In this document: one piece after another, positions 38,127-47,929 of the stretch
Position numbering within the stretch: position 1 is the stretch's first letter
Layout of the letters: each line of letters opens with the position of its first letter
Source of the DNA: a virus
Virus record (IMG/VR): IMGVR_UViG_3300046170_000494
Span: 114,984 to 178,983 of that record
Direction: 5' to 3' (one strand)
DNA length: 64,000 nucleotides
Translations under genes and position numbers: made by a program
Notes under the pieces: generated by a model
Told to the model about the DNA's origin: nothing
Databases searched by the model: none
What the model saw: only the letters and a program-made list of their open reading frames with translations

Positions 38127-38975
38127 ATGAAACCGCAATTCCAACACGAAGTAACAACAAGTTTTATGTTATGGGCAGATAATTTTCTATTAAGAAAAGG
38201 TGAAGCTTATACAAATTATGTATCAACTTTCTATCCAAATACAAGTGATGATAGATTAGGTCCAGGATTAGTTAGCTACAGTAGCCCTCACAAACAGTGG
38301 GTTTTTGACAGTAGTATAGAAGGCGCAAATATTCCTAGTGGAGTATATGACAACGGCACCTTTATTCCAAGAGATACAAATGGATTAAAATTAGACTTCG
38401 ATAATGGTCGAGCAATACTTGATTCTTCATTCGGAGACTCTAAAACAACAGTTAGCGGAGAATATTCAGTAAAAGATTTCAATTTTTACATTACAAACCA
38501 AACAGAAGAGCAATTAATAATAGATAGTAAATTCGATACAAATAATAGATTTAAACAAGATGTATCAGGAATCGCGCCTTACAAACAAGTTATACCAGCA
38601 ATTTTTGTTAATTCAGAAGTTTCTGAAAACGAACCTTACGCTTTTGGAGGAGAAGATAAAACATCAACAAATATAAGATGTGTTGTTTTCGCGGAAAATA
38701 CATATCAACTTGACGGCGCACTATCTATTTTTAATGATGCAAAAAATGAAGTATATGCAAAATTAAGTTTTGAAGATTATCCATTAAATGAATATGGAGA
38801 TGTTATAGACTTTAATTATAGAGAACTTTCAGACAACACAAAACAACAATATTTTCACATAGAAGAAGCAAGAGTTTCTAAATTAAGTGATAGAATAAAT
38901 AAAAATATAGACCCAACTTTATTTGTAGGATTTATTGATTTTGAAATTACAAATTTAAGATTTCCACGATCATAA
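38127..38975 (+). CDS. Putative tail terminator/completion protein
   Basis: Directly before the tube gene; IPAIFV..TNIRCVVFA..FIDFEI beta pattern. Confidence 0.45.
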   Translation: MKPQFQHEVTTSFMLWADNFLLRKGEAYTNYVSTFYPNTSDDRLGPGLVSYSSPHKQWVFDSSIEGANIPSGVYDNGTFIPRDTNGLKLDFDNGRAILDSSFGDSKTTVSGEYSVKDFNFYITNQTEEQLIIDSKFDTNNRFKQDVSGIAPYKQVIPAIFVNSEVSENEPYAFGGEDKTSTNIRCVVFAENTYQLDGALSIFNDAKNEVYAKLSFEDYPLNEYGDVIDFNYRELSDNTKQQYFHIEEARVSKLSDRINKNIDPTLFVGFIDFEITNLRFPRS

Positions 38976-39033
38976 TTCCCTTTTTAAAATAAAAAATGTA
39001 ATTAGTGAAAGAAATTTAACCTTTTAAAATATT

Positions 39034-40326
39034 ATGGCAGACAAACATAGAGCACGAGTAATTTATCAAAGTGAGGCATTATATGCAGGCACAGTTGATG
39101 CAACAGGTAATCACTTCAGCACTTCAACGGACTGGAGCACTAGAGCAGGATACAAAACGCACGCAACTTACGCATCTGCAGTTGCAGAGGGAGCAGATAT
39201 TCGCACAGGTATCCAACAACTAAGGAGAGTACAGAGCGCAAACTATAGCTTTTCTATCAACAGGCAAGATGTAAATCAGTTCGGACAATTAGGAAGAATT
39301 GACTCAGTTGCAATTGACCCTCCCACCGTAACGCTGGATTTCTCTTATTACATCACAAATGGAGTGAATGAAAGAATTTTAGGTATGAATGTATTAGGTC
39401 AGCAAAGTGCTCTTGCTGATGAAATCGTAGATGGCTTAGTTTGTGGGGATCCAGTTGGCCACGATGGGCAAAACTTTTTCATACTCACAACATGCGAAGG
39501 TCATGATGCAGTTAATAATGAGGATATCGACAACATGAAAAGTGTTATTGCGCTTGGAAACGGTTATATCTCTAATTATTCTATAGAAGCTGCAGTAGGA
39601 GGTATGCCTACAGCAAATGTTACTGTAGACGGTTTAAATTTAAAAAGTTATGTAGGAACTACTGGGCTAAGTTCTCCAGCTATTAATGTGAACTATGGCA
39701 TCCCAGTTGACGGGGTAGAGTTTAGCATTCCCCCAGCAATTAGTGGAGTTTTAAATGATAGTGCGGCAGACCCTAACGCAGAAACAGAAGGATGGTCTTG
39801 CTTGCGTCCAGGAGACATTACAATGGCACTAGGTACAGACGGAAAAGCTGGAGAATTCGAGAATTTACCTTATGAAGATGCCCCGCATGACTTTACCGCA
39901 GGAGCAGCTCACATTCAAAGTTTTTCTATTGACGTACCGCTTTCTAGATCTGTTCTAAATAGATTAGGAAGTCCTTATGGATACGCTAGGGTTGTAGACT
40001 ACCCAGTCAATGTCAGCGTTAGCGTTAGCGCTATAATGTCTGATTTAAAAGAGGGTAATGTAGCAGATCTAATCTGGGATACAGAAGAGCACGACTTAGT
40101 GTTTACTCTTCGCGAACCAGAACCTTATGGTACAGGAAAGAAAGCTATCGAATACAGAGTGAAAGGAGCTCTTCTTGAGGGAGAATCATTCAGCTCCTCT
40201 ATTGGAGACAATAAGAGTGTGGACTTGACATTTACCGCTCAGATTGGTGGCCCAGAAGACCTTGCAAGAGGATTGATGATCTCTGGATCAAGAAACGCTC
40301 TAACAATTACTGGCGAATTCGCTTAG
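39034..40326 (+). CDS. Major tail tube protein candidate
   Basis: Internally duplicated tube-like pattern (VQSANYSFSINRQDVNQFG / IQSFSIDVPLSRSVLNRLG); followed by a strong terminator. Confidence 0.65.
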   Translation: MADKHRARVIYQSEALYAGTVDATGNHFSTSTDWSTRAGYKTHATYASAVAEGADIRTGIQQLRRVQSANYSFSINRQDVNQFGQLGRIDSVAIDPPTVTLDFSYYITNGVNERILGMNVLGQQSALADEIVDGLVCGDPVGHDGQNFFILTTCEGHDAVNNEDIDNMKSVIALGNGYISNYSIEAAVGGMPTANVTVDGLNLKSYVGTTGLSSPAINVNYGIPVDGVEFSIPPAISGVLNDSAADPNAETEGWSCLRPGDITMALGTDGKAGEFENLPYEDAPHDFTAGAAHIQSFSIDVPLSRSVLNRLGSPYGYARVVDYPVNVSVSVSAIMSDLKEGNVADLIWDTEEHDLVFTLREPEPYGTGKKAIEYRVKGALLEGESFSSSIGDNKSVDLTFTAQIGGPEDLARGLMISGSRNALTITGEFA

Positions 40327-40348
40327 TAATATAATTACATAAAACTTT

Positions 40349-40377
40349 AAAGCCCGTCATTTATGGCGGGCTTTTTT
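40349..40377 (+). terminator. Rho-independent terminator (possibly bidirectional)
   Basis: AAAGCCCGTCA-TTTA-TGGCGGGCTTT followed by a T run, between convergent genes. Confidence 0.88.
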
Positions 40378-40378
40378 G

Positions 40379-41512
40379 TTAAACCTGATATATCCTCAAC
40401 CCTTTTGCAGAACTAATCCCAAAATTAAAATTAGTGGATACGGTAGATTGTCCACCTATTTGATTTGAAAAAGATTGAGATCTAAGTTGAGCATTATCTA
40501 TAGCTACATTATTAATTACTGAAGCTAATTCTAGTTTTCCGCTGTGATGATATCTATCAGTATGCTTGATTAGGATGTCATACTTAGAACCTTCTTCAAA
40601 GAAAGACTCTATTTGACCTGTCGCATACTCTCTTACAATCATATTTATACTTGCGGAAGCTATAATTGGAAGTTTTAGTTTTCTACCAAATACATAATTA
40701 CTACCAAACCCATAAATATCTTGCCTTGGAATAGGCATGTTAATAGAAACACTTTGTATGGCAGCATCAACAGATTCAACTGGAGCTCCACCATATTCTC
40801 CTGCGGTTTTAGTTATTTTTATAATCATATCACCAGGCATTATAGCATTTGCTCCATCAACCACTTCTGGATTAAAAGAGTCGGAATTTAGGTATATTTT
40901 TTCTTCAGAAAAAATATTATCAACACCAAGTTTAATTGATGGAAGAGTTGGGGCATCATTTGGGTCATACAAATCAAACTTTAAATTGCTTGCTGCGTAT
41001 GACACGGAGGCAGTAGGTAAAGATCCTACTTGGGCATTATAGGAGTATTGAGTTAAAAAACAATTTCCAACACCAATAACATTATATCCAGAAAAATCTT
41101 CAGTATCTACGAAATTCAAATCAGTAATATTTCCTTCATTTGCAGAAACCCCTATAATACTTATATCATCAGAAGTTTCAGCTTCAAAATAATTCTTAAA
41201 AACACTACCATCAGAGTAAGTATAAAAACCTATAGCTCTTTCATTTTCTCCGCTAGAAAATAAATACTCTATTTCGCAACTAACCTCGGGTTGCCGTATG
41301 ATTGGGGACTCTCCATCTTTTTGTGTAACGTTTTGAACTAACTCATCCGAACCGATTTCTTTAACATCTATAGCTGGATGCTGAAAACCAAAATTCATAT
41401 TCTGAACTCTAATTAATTGCCCTGACGTTGTGCCTCCTTCTTTATATGCAGGAAAATCAGTAACTAAGACACCTAATTTTTCATAAGTGATTCGTGAAGC
41501 TGTACATGCCAT
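40379..41512 (-). CDS. Tail tube protein paralogue
   Basis: RVQNMNFGF, NCFLTQYSYNAQVGSLPTASV, IMPGD and AIQSVSINMPIPRQ match the 39034 protein motif by motif. Confidence 0.7.
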   Translation of the reverse strand: MACTASRITYEKLGVLVTDFPAYKEGGTTSGQLIRVQNMNFGFQHPAIDVKEIGSDELVQNVTQKDGESPIIRQPEVSCEIEYLFSSGENERAIGFYTYSDGSVFKNYFEAETSDDISIIGVSANEGNITDLNFVDTEDFSGYNVIGVGNCFLTQYSYNAQVGSLPTASVSYAASNLKFDLYDPNDAPTLPSIKLGVDNIFSEEKIYLNSDSFNPEVVDGANAIMPGDMIIKITKTAGEYGGAPVESVDAAIQSVSINMPIPRQDIYGFGSNYVFGRKLKLPIIASASINMIVREYATGQIESFFEEGSKYDILIKHTDRYHHSGKLELASVINNVAIDNAQLRSQSFSNQIGGQSTVSTNFNFGISSAKGLRIYQV

Positions 41513-41521
41513 TAATCTGTT

Positions 41522-41549
41522 TACACCTTTTGATCTATTAAGTGTATAA
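41522..41549. promoter_or_regulatory. Back-to-back GTGTA motifs (candidate divergent late promoters)
   Basis: GTGTAAAC on minus (41526 downward) and GTGTATAA on plus (41542). Confidence 0.55.
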
Positions 41550-41563
41550 TAAAAAGACTCCTT

Positions 41564-42985
41564 ATGCCTAATAAAAGAATTTCAGATTTCCAAGAAAGAA
41601 AAGTTTTGTATTCAGATTCTGCTACAGAACCCTTTCCTCATGCGCCAAGATTAAACGATCAGTCTTTAGATGACAATGAAACTTTATTTTTGTTAGCGAG
41701 ACCTAAAGTTCAAAACGAAACAATTACATACCCAGATCTAAAAAGTAATATTTTAGATAATTCAATATATTTAACGGGCTCGCAATTAGTTAGTGGGCAA
41801 AAAATTTTTACAGATAAATGCACTTTTTTAAGTAGAACGAACATAAACGAAGTAATAGATTCTACATTTAGTGGGGATATATCAGGCAATATATTTGTAG
41901 GAGAAAGTGGGTTATTGCAGAGCTTAAAAATAGGAACTGATTTTTTCGAAAGAAAGAGCGACTTTTCTTCTTATACAGCTCATATTTCTGGAGATTCTTG
42001 TTTTTTGGGAGACATTACGCTGACAGGAGATAATTTTCAAGAAGGTGATTCCTCAAGGATAGGGGACTCCAATCAAATTGGATTTGCTCATATTTCAGGT
42101 AATAAAACAATTACAGAAAATTTATATGCACAACAAAACATTTTTTGTCTTTATGATGACGACACATTTATAAAATTAAAAAATCAACAGATTGATATTG
42201 AAGCTGGAGTAAATACACGACTACATCTTATAGATGATGAAGATGACCGAATAGTTTTCTACACAAACAATGAAGAGCAGATGAGGTTGTATAAAAACCC
42301 TTATTTAGCAATCAATAATACAGACCCCATGGGAGAACTGTCGGTTACTGGAAAAGCTTTCATACAAGATATTTTCACTTACGACCATTTTAGTAAAAAA
42401 TTTAATAGAGTATATGGTGGAGACGATGAAAATGTATATTTCAAAACAAAATTAAGAAAAGGTAAGAGTCAGTATAAAATTAATTTACCAAAAACATTCA
42501 AACTAAAACCGGTCATGTCAGTTATGCTGGAAAATACGAACGGAGGAGTCATAATTCCACTAATTATCTCCAATATAACTAGACATGATTTTTTAATTGA
42601 CTTCGCAAAAGAGCTTGAAGACGATAATTATATCCTGCACACTATGGCGTTGAGTACATCTATCGAACCCGAAGTAGATAAAACTCATTATGACCATTAT
42701 CCACATGTAGTTTGTTCTGATAATTCTGCAGGTAGACAGCATAGTCAAAGATTCTATACGCCTATTCAAGAAGTTTCCGACACTGTCGAAATTACTTTTC
42801 CATTTAATTACTACAAGGACACTCCATCTGTATCAGTCACAATCGAAGGGCCAAACAATATTGTTCCACATGCAATATCTAGTGTAAATAATAGATCTTA
42901 TAAAATAATTTTCGGAACTCAAGTGGACAGCAGATATACAATACATACATTTTCAAGCATTGAAGAAACAAAAAGGTTAGGATGA
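41564..42985 (+). CDS. Tail fibre/appendage protein with two C-terminal lectin-like beta repeats
   Basis: Paralogue of the next gene; repeats F...P.VSV..E......P..IS.......F.I.F; fibre-like GDSS/GELSVTG segments. Confidence 0.55.
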   Translation: MPNKRISDFQERKVLYSDSATEPFPHAPRLNDQSLDDNETLFLLARPKVQNETITYPDLKSNILDNSIYLTGSQLVSGQKIFTDKCTFLSRTNINEVIDSTFSGDISGNIFVGESGLLQSLKIGTDFFERKSDFSSYTAHISGDSCFLGDITLTGDNFQEGDSSRIGDSNQIGFAHISGNKTITENLYAQQNIFCLYDDDTFIKLKNQQIDIEAGVNTRLHLIDDEDDRIVFYTNNEEQMRLYKNPYLAINNTDPMGELSVTGKAFIQDIFTYDHFSKKFNRVYGGDDENVYFKTKLRKGKSQYKINLPKTFKLKPVMSVMLENTNGGVIIPLIISNITRHDFLIDFAKELEDDNYILHTMALSTSIEPEVDKTHYDHYPHVVCSDNSAGRQHSQRFYTPIQEVSDTVEITFPFNYYKDTPSVSVTIEGPNNIVPHAISSVNNRSYKIIFGTQVDSRYTIHTFSSIEETKRLG

Positions 42986-44916
42986 ACACTCCAGACAACA
43001 GATTATCAAACTTTAAACATATGCGTACATTGTTGTCCGACGGACTATCTCCGTTTCCACACCATACAATTATTCGAGAATCGGGAAATAAAGATGATGA
43101 TGTGTTATTTTTAATAGCTGAATCAGGCTCGCACAATGAAAAAATCACTTATAAAAATTTAAAAAAATCAATTTTAGATAACAGCGTCTTATTGACGGGT
43201 AATCAATTAATAAGTGGAGAAAAAACTTTCGCAGATGTATGTACATTCGAAAGTACAATTTACATAAATGAGGTTATAGATATAACTCAAACTGGAGATA
43301 TAAGCGGAAATATTTTTGTGGGTGAAAGCGGTTTATTTGAAAACGTGGGAGTAGGATTACATTATACAGACAGAAGAATTATTAAAGACGTTTTTAGCGA
43401 TTTCCCCAGAGACGACTCAGAATATTTAGAGTATGATTTTGGCGGAGGGATAAAGTCAGGGATCCTTGATTTTGATGAAAATGATAATCCAGATTTATCG
43501 ACATCAATTAAATCTTACGAAATATATGAGCCTTCGGGATATTATAACTCAAATATACCAGAGTCGCAGCAAAACTACACTGGAGATTTATCTTTAGACG
43601 GCCATTCATTTATTCCTGATGAAATTCACAGAGAAATGGGAGGAGCTTGGTTAGGAATTGATTTCGCTTCGCCATTTAATTATAAAGGTTTTGCTGTATA
43701 CAGAAAAGCGATAGAAAATTCTGCAGATCAATTTAAAGTAGTTGCATCAAATAATGGAAAAGACTGGTATACAATACATAGAGTTAGTGGTTTAACTGAA
43801 TCAGATTATAAAAATCAAGACCAAAGAACCTCTTTTGAATTACAAGATTACTATCCAGAAAAGTATTCTAAGTATCGTCTGGTTGCGCAAAAAATAATTT
43901 CAGGAAACTATTGGGAACTTGGTCATTTTAACTTTTCTGGGGTAGAATTTCATGAGCACGTGCATACCGTTGACCCAAATTACACATTGCATGTTTCTGG
44001 AGATTCTTGTTTCTTGGGAGATATGACGCAAACAGGGAATACAAGACAATCTGGAGATTTATATAGATTAGGTAATTTTACGCAAACCGGAGATACCCGT
44101 ATAGATGGTAACGAAATAGTTACTGGTGATATACATTTAGGTAAAACACTGTATCATTTAAACGATGAAGATACTTATATTGCTTATACAGATGATAAAG
44201 TAGATATTAGCGCAGGAGATGGAGTTAAAGTTATTTTAAATGAAATAGAAGATAATAAAATTCAATTTTTTACCAATGGTGTTGAGCAAATGCGCCTAGA
44301 TGAGAGCGGTTTTCTTGGTATTAACACAACTACGCCTTTTGCAGAACTATCTGTAACAGGGGATTCGTATCTCGAATGTTTATTTACAACAGGAGAAGAT
44401 GGGCAATGGGAAAGAGTCTATGGTGGATCAGATGAGGTTGTTACTTTTGTCACTGAATTAGATGGCGGAGAAGATGTTTATAAAATAGATTTCCCAAAAA
44501 CTTTTGGAGAAAAACCTTCAGTAACACTTTCTTTAGAGAATGACCAAGGAGGACCTATTGTTCCGTATATAATTTCTGGAATCAACGGTCACGAATATTA
44601 TGTTAATTTTGGTTCAGAACTTTCAAATCATGGATATAAAATTCATACTTCAGCAAGAGCAACAGGTCAATCTTCGGTAAATAAAACGACAACACAATCT
44701 TTTATAACAGAAATAACTCCTCAAACAAATAAAGATATATATGAAATATTTTACCCCAATCAATTTCATGCAAATCCAGTTGTCTCTGCGACATTAGAGC
44801 ATGAGAGTGCGATTCTACCTTATGTTATATCAGGAATAACATCCACTTCATACAAGATTGTTTTTGGAAGGGAATTGCATGATACTTGCAAAATTCACAC
44901 TCATGCAGTCAGATAG
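42982..44916 (+). CDS. Tail fibre/appendage paralogue with inserted F5/8-type C (discoidin)-like domain
   Basis: AWLGIDF...FKVVASNNGKDWYTIH...YSKYRLV...WELGHFNF insert; same N- and C-terminal architecture as 41564. Confidence 0.6.
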   Translation: MNTPDNRLSNFKHMRTLLSDGLSPFPHHTIIRESGNKDDDVLFLIAESGSHNEKITYKNLKKSILDNSVLLTGNQLISGEKTFADVCTFESTIYINEVIDITQTGDISGNIFVGESGLFENVGVGLHYTDRRIIKDVFSDFPRDDSEYLEYDFGGGIKSGILDFDENDNPDLSTSIKSYEIYEPSGYYNSNIPESQQNYTGDLSLDGHSFIPDEIHREMGGAWLGIDFASPFNYKGFAVYRKAIENSADQFKVVASNNGKDWYTIHRVSGLTESDYKNQDQRTSFELQDYYPEKYSKYRLVAQKIISGNYWELGHFNFSGVEFHEHVHTVDPNYTLHVSGDSCFLGDMTQTGNTRQSGDLYRLGNFTQTGDTRIDGNEIVTGDIHLGKTLYHLNDEDTYIAYTDDKVDISAGDGVKVILNEIEDNKIQFFTNGVEQMRLDESGFLGINTTTPFAELSVTGDSYLECLFTTGEDGQWERVYGGSDEVVTFVTELDGGEDVYKIDFPKTFGEKPSVTLSLENDQGGPIVPYIISGINGHEYYVNFGSELSNHGYKIHTSARATGQSSVNKTTTQSFITEITPQTNKDIYEIFYPNQFHANPVVSATLEHESAILPYVISGITSTSYKIVFGRELHDTCKIHTHAVR

Positions 44917-44941
44917 CCGAAAACTGGTGTAATACAATACG

Positions 44942-47218
44942 ATGATCTCAAAACATATATTTACTTCGGATGTTGTTAGCGGAAAAGCTTTTTGGTTAAA
45001 TAATTTACAATCTACTGGGAACCTTGTTACAGCAAACGGCGATTTCATAATCACTGATAATGCAGAAGTTCTTGGGAATTTATTGGTTGAAAACAATTTA
45101 ACAGTAAACGGAACAACCACAACAATAAATACAGTTAATCTTACTGTAGATGATCACAATATTGAATTAGGGTCTGTGGAAAATCCAACAGACTTAACTG
45201 CGACAGGGGGAGGAATCACACTTAAAGGGTCTACAGATAAAACTTTTAATTGGCAGACCAATTTCGACAAATCTTGGGTATCTAGCGAAAATCTTGGGAC
45301 TGCTGATGGAAAATATATTTTTACGGATAAAGTTAGGGCCAGAGATGCAGCTGGATTATTGCTTCAAGATGACAGTGGAAACGGAATTACAATTAATGAC
45401 GGAGGAAATGTATCTACCTCAAGCGATTTTGCGGTAGGAAATAACTTATTAGTTCCCGGAACTACATCTTTAGTCGGAAATGTAACGACAATAAATAACA
45501 TTAGCGCAGGAGGGAATCTTACTGTTGCTGATGGAAAATATATCACTACCGATAGAGTTAGGGCTAGAGATGCAGCAGGATTACTGCTTCAAGATGACAG
45601 CGGAAACGGAATTACAATTAATGACGGAGGAACTACTAGCGTCTCTCACTCCTTTCTTGTTGGAGGGAATACTACAATTGGAGGAAATACTTCTATTGTG
45701 GGAACCACTTATCACGGAGGCGCTGCTACTTTCGATGATAACTTAACAATTAATTCATCCAAAACTTTGCAGGCAGGGAACATCACAGTTGCTGATGGAA
45801 AATATATCACTACCGATAGAGTTAGGGCTAGAGATGCAGCAGGATTATTGCTTCAAGATGATGGTGGAAACGGAATTACAATAACAAATGGAGGAAATGT
45901 ATCTACCTCAAGCGATTTTGCGGTAGGAAATAACTTATTAGTTCCCGGAACTACATCTTTAGTCGGAAATGTAACGACAATAAATAACATTAGCGCAGGA
46001 GGGAATCTTACTGTTGCTGATGGAAAATATATCACTACCGATAGAGTTAGGGCTAGAGATGCAGCAGGATTATTGCTTCAAGATGACAGTGGAAACGGAA
46101 TTACAATTAATGACGGAGGAAGTACTATTGTCTCTCATTCTTTTGCTGTTGGAGGGAATACTACAATTGGAGGAAATACTTCTATTGTGGGAACCACTTA
46201 TCACGGAGGCGCTGCTACTTTCAATGATAACTTAACAATTAATCCATCCAAAACTTTGCAGGCAGGAAATATTACGGTTGCAGACAATAAATATATCACT
46301 ACCGATAAAATAGTAGCTCGCGATTCTGCAGGTTTACTTCTTCAAGATGATGGTGGAAACGGAATTACAATAGCAAATGGAGGAAATGTATCAACCTCGA
46401 ATAACCTAACCGTGGCAGGCGCTTCTACTTTCAATAACAATGTCACAATAGCATCAAATAAAACACTTAATGTTGGAGGTAATGTCAATATTGGAGGAGC
46501 AACTACTTTCGAAGGTGCAACAGTATTTGAGCAGAGCGTAGTAATTTCTGGAGACTTTAATGTTACAAGTGAAACACCAATGACTCTTGAGCAGGGTCAA
46601 CTTGAAATACAAACTTTAACAAGCGCCCCACAAAACACAAATAATCAATTATACAATGTAGATAATGTTTTATATTGGAACGATGTCAATTTAATAAACA
46701 ATCCTAATACTACTTATACGGCAGGAAGTAATCTAACATTAAATTCAAATCAATTTTCTCTTGCTAGCGATGTTACTATTGGAGATGATTTAACTGTCAG
46801 TGATAAATTATTTGTTGCAGGAACTTCAACTTTAGTTGGAAATACAATTGTTAACGGAACTCTTACGACATTTTCAAATCTTGCTGTAGACGGAACTGTT
46901 ATTTCAACTGGTGACGTTGTAGCATTCAGTTCTTCAGATAAAAAATTAAAAAATAATATTTCAAACATATCTGATCCAATAAACAAAATAAAACAAATAA
47001 ACGGAGTAAATTTTGAATGGTCAGACAAGCAGTCAACTTATAGCGGTAAAGATGTTGGGGTTATTGCGCAAGAAATAAAAGAGGTTCTTCCTGAAGTCGT
47101 TGCGGAAAGAGATAATGGTTATCTAGCGGTAAAATATGAAAAGATTATACCACTACTTATAGAAGCAATAAAAGAACAACAAAAAGAAATCGAATTTCTT
47201 AAGTCAAAAATAAAATAA
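44942..47218 (+). CDS. Long tail fibre with internal repeats and C-terminal Peptidase S74 chaperone
   Basis: NLTVNGTTTTIN..VDDHNIELG fibre motif; SSDKKLK..DVGVIAQE..AVKYEKIIPLLIEAIKEQ. Confidence 0.85.
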   Translation: MISKHIFTSDVVSGKAFWLNNLQSTGNLVTANGDFIITDNAEVLGNLLVENNLTVNGTTTTINTVNLTVDDHNIELGSVENPTDLTATGGGITLKGSTDKTFNWQTNFDKSWVSSENLGTADGKYIFTDKVRARDAAGLLLQDDSGNGITINDGGNVSTSSDFAVGNNLLVPGTTSLVGNVTTINNISAGGNLTVADGKYITTDRVRARDAAGLLLQDDSGNGITINDGGTTSVSHSFLVGGNTTIGGNTSIVGTTYHGGAATFDDNLTINSSKTLQAGNITVADGKYITTDRVRARDAAGLLLQDDGGNGITITNGGNVSTSSDFAVGNNLLVPGTTSLVGNVTTINNISAGGNLTVADGKYITTDRVRARDAAGLLLQDDSGNGITINDGGSTIVSHSFAVGGNTTIGGNTSIVGTTYHGGAATFNDNLTINPSKTLQAGNITVADNKYITTDKIVARDSAGLLLQDDGGNGITIANGGNVSTSNNLTVAGASTFNNNVTIASNKTLNVGGNVNIGGATTFEGATVFEQSVVISGDFNVTSETPMTLEQGQLEIQTLTSAPQNTNNQLYNVDNVLYWNDVNLINNPNTTYTAGSNLTLNSNQFSLASDVTIGDDLTVSDKLFVAGTSTLVGNTIVNGTLTTFSNLAVDGTVISTGDVVAFSSSDKKLKNNISNISDPINKIKQINGVNFEWSDKQSTYSGKDVGVIAQEIKEVLPEVVAERDNGYLAVKYEKIIPLLIEAIKEQQKEIEFLKSKIK
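45302..46400 (+). repeat. Tandem 489-bp duplication (225+264 bp subunits, about 2.2 copies) inside the fibre gene
   Basis: GCTGATGGAAAATATAT anchor at 45302, 45527, 45791, 46016 and a degenerate copy at 46280. Confidence 0.92.
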
Positions 47219-47220
47219 TC

Positions 47221-47249
47221 TTGACATCATAATACAATGCTGCTATAAT
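47221..47249 (+). promoter_or_regulatory. Consensus sigma70 promoter TTGACA-17-TATAAT
   Basis: Exact consensus; 6 nt from the -10 box to ATG 47256. Confidence 0.88.
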
Positions 47250-47255
47250 TGTGGC

Positions 47256-47810
47256 ATGGTTAAATTCGAAGAAAAAAATCTATTGTACAAAACCAAGTGT
47301 TACTTGGTAGGACATATGCAATATGTTAGTGGTCGCAATTGGCGAGAAGAAGTAACAGAAAAACTAGATCCATTAAGTATTACTTGTTTCGATCCTTACA
47401 AAAAACCATTCATGAAAGACGTTGAAGAAGATGAAGCTCAGCGCGCAGAAATGGAAACATGGATGAGGACAAAGCAGTATGATAGAGTGACAGAAAGAAT
47501 GAAAACTGTTCGAGCTTATGACCTTAACCTCGTAGATAGAAGTGATTTTATTATCGCGCATCTTGTTCCTGAAGTCGCTAGTTGGGGTAGTGCAGAAGAA
47601 ATTGTTACCGCTGTGCGCGAAAAAAAGCCTGTATTCGTAAGTATGGAGGGAGGAAAGTCAAAAACTCCACTGTGGATGCTTGGAATGTTTCCTCATAAAT
47701 ATATTTATAATAGTATTGACGAAATCGTTGAAATGCTATACGCTATTGACAATGGAAACAAACCAATCGATTCAGATAGATGGAGATTATTAAAGAAAGA
47801 ATTTAGATGA
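47256..47810 (+). CDS. Nucleoside 2-deoxyribosyltransferase-like / nucleotide N-glycosidase fold protein
   Basis: CYLVGHM, NWREEV, FDPY, DLNLVDRSDFIIA and SWGSAEE. Confidence 0.7.
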   Translation: MVKFEEKNLLYKTKCYLVGHMQYVSGRNWREEVTEKLDPLSITCFDPYKKPFMKDVEEDEAQRAEMETWMRTKQYDRVTERMKTVRAYDLNLVDRSDFIIAHLVPEVASWGSAEEIVTAVREKKPVFVSMEGGKSKTPLWMLGMFPHKYIYNSIDEIVEMLYAIDNGNKPIDSDRWRLLKKEFR

Positions 47811-47929
47811 TACAAACACTAGCGACAGCATATTTTGAATTTTTTCCCGGAGACTGGTTACTATTTGGCTTCATTGGTACCGTAGTATATTTCTTTAAGT
47901 CTAAAAAAGATGATGATTTTTATGGATAA
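47807..47929 (+). CDS. 40-aa single-pass membrane peptide (not in the ORF track)
   Basis: MIQTLATAYFEFFPGDWLLFGFIGTVVYFFKSKKDDDFYG; ATGA overlap upstream and overlap with the guaC start. Confidence 0.55.
   Translation: MIQTLATAYFEFFPGDWLLFGFIGTVVYFFKSKKDDDFYG

Noticed and set aside
40225-40253. CTTGACA inside the tube gene as a promoter
   Set aside because: No -10-like hexamer at 16-18 nt spacing
45302-46400. Repeats as a CRISPR array or DGR template/variable pair
   Set aside because: The repeats are in-frame coding units without unique spacers; differences are not confined to adenines, and no reverse transcriptase or cas gene is in the window
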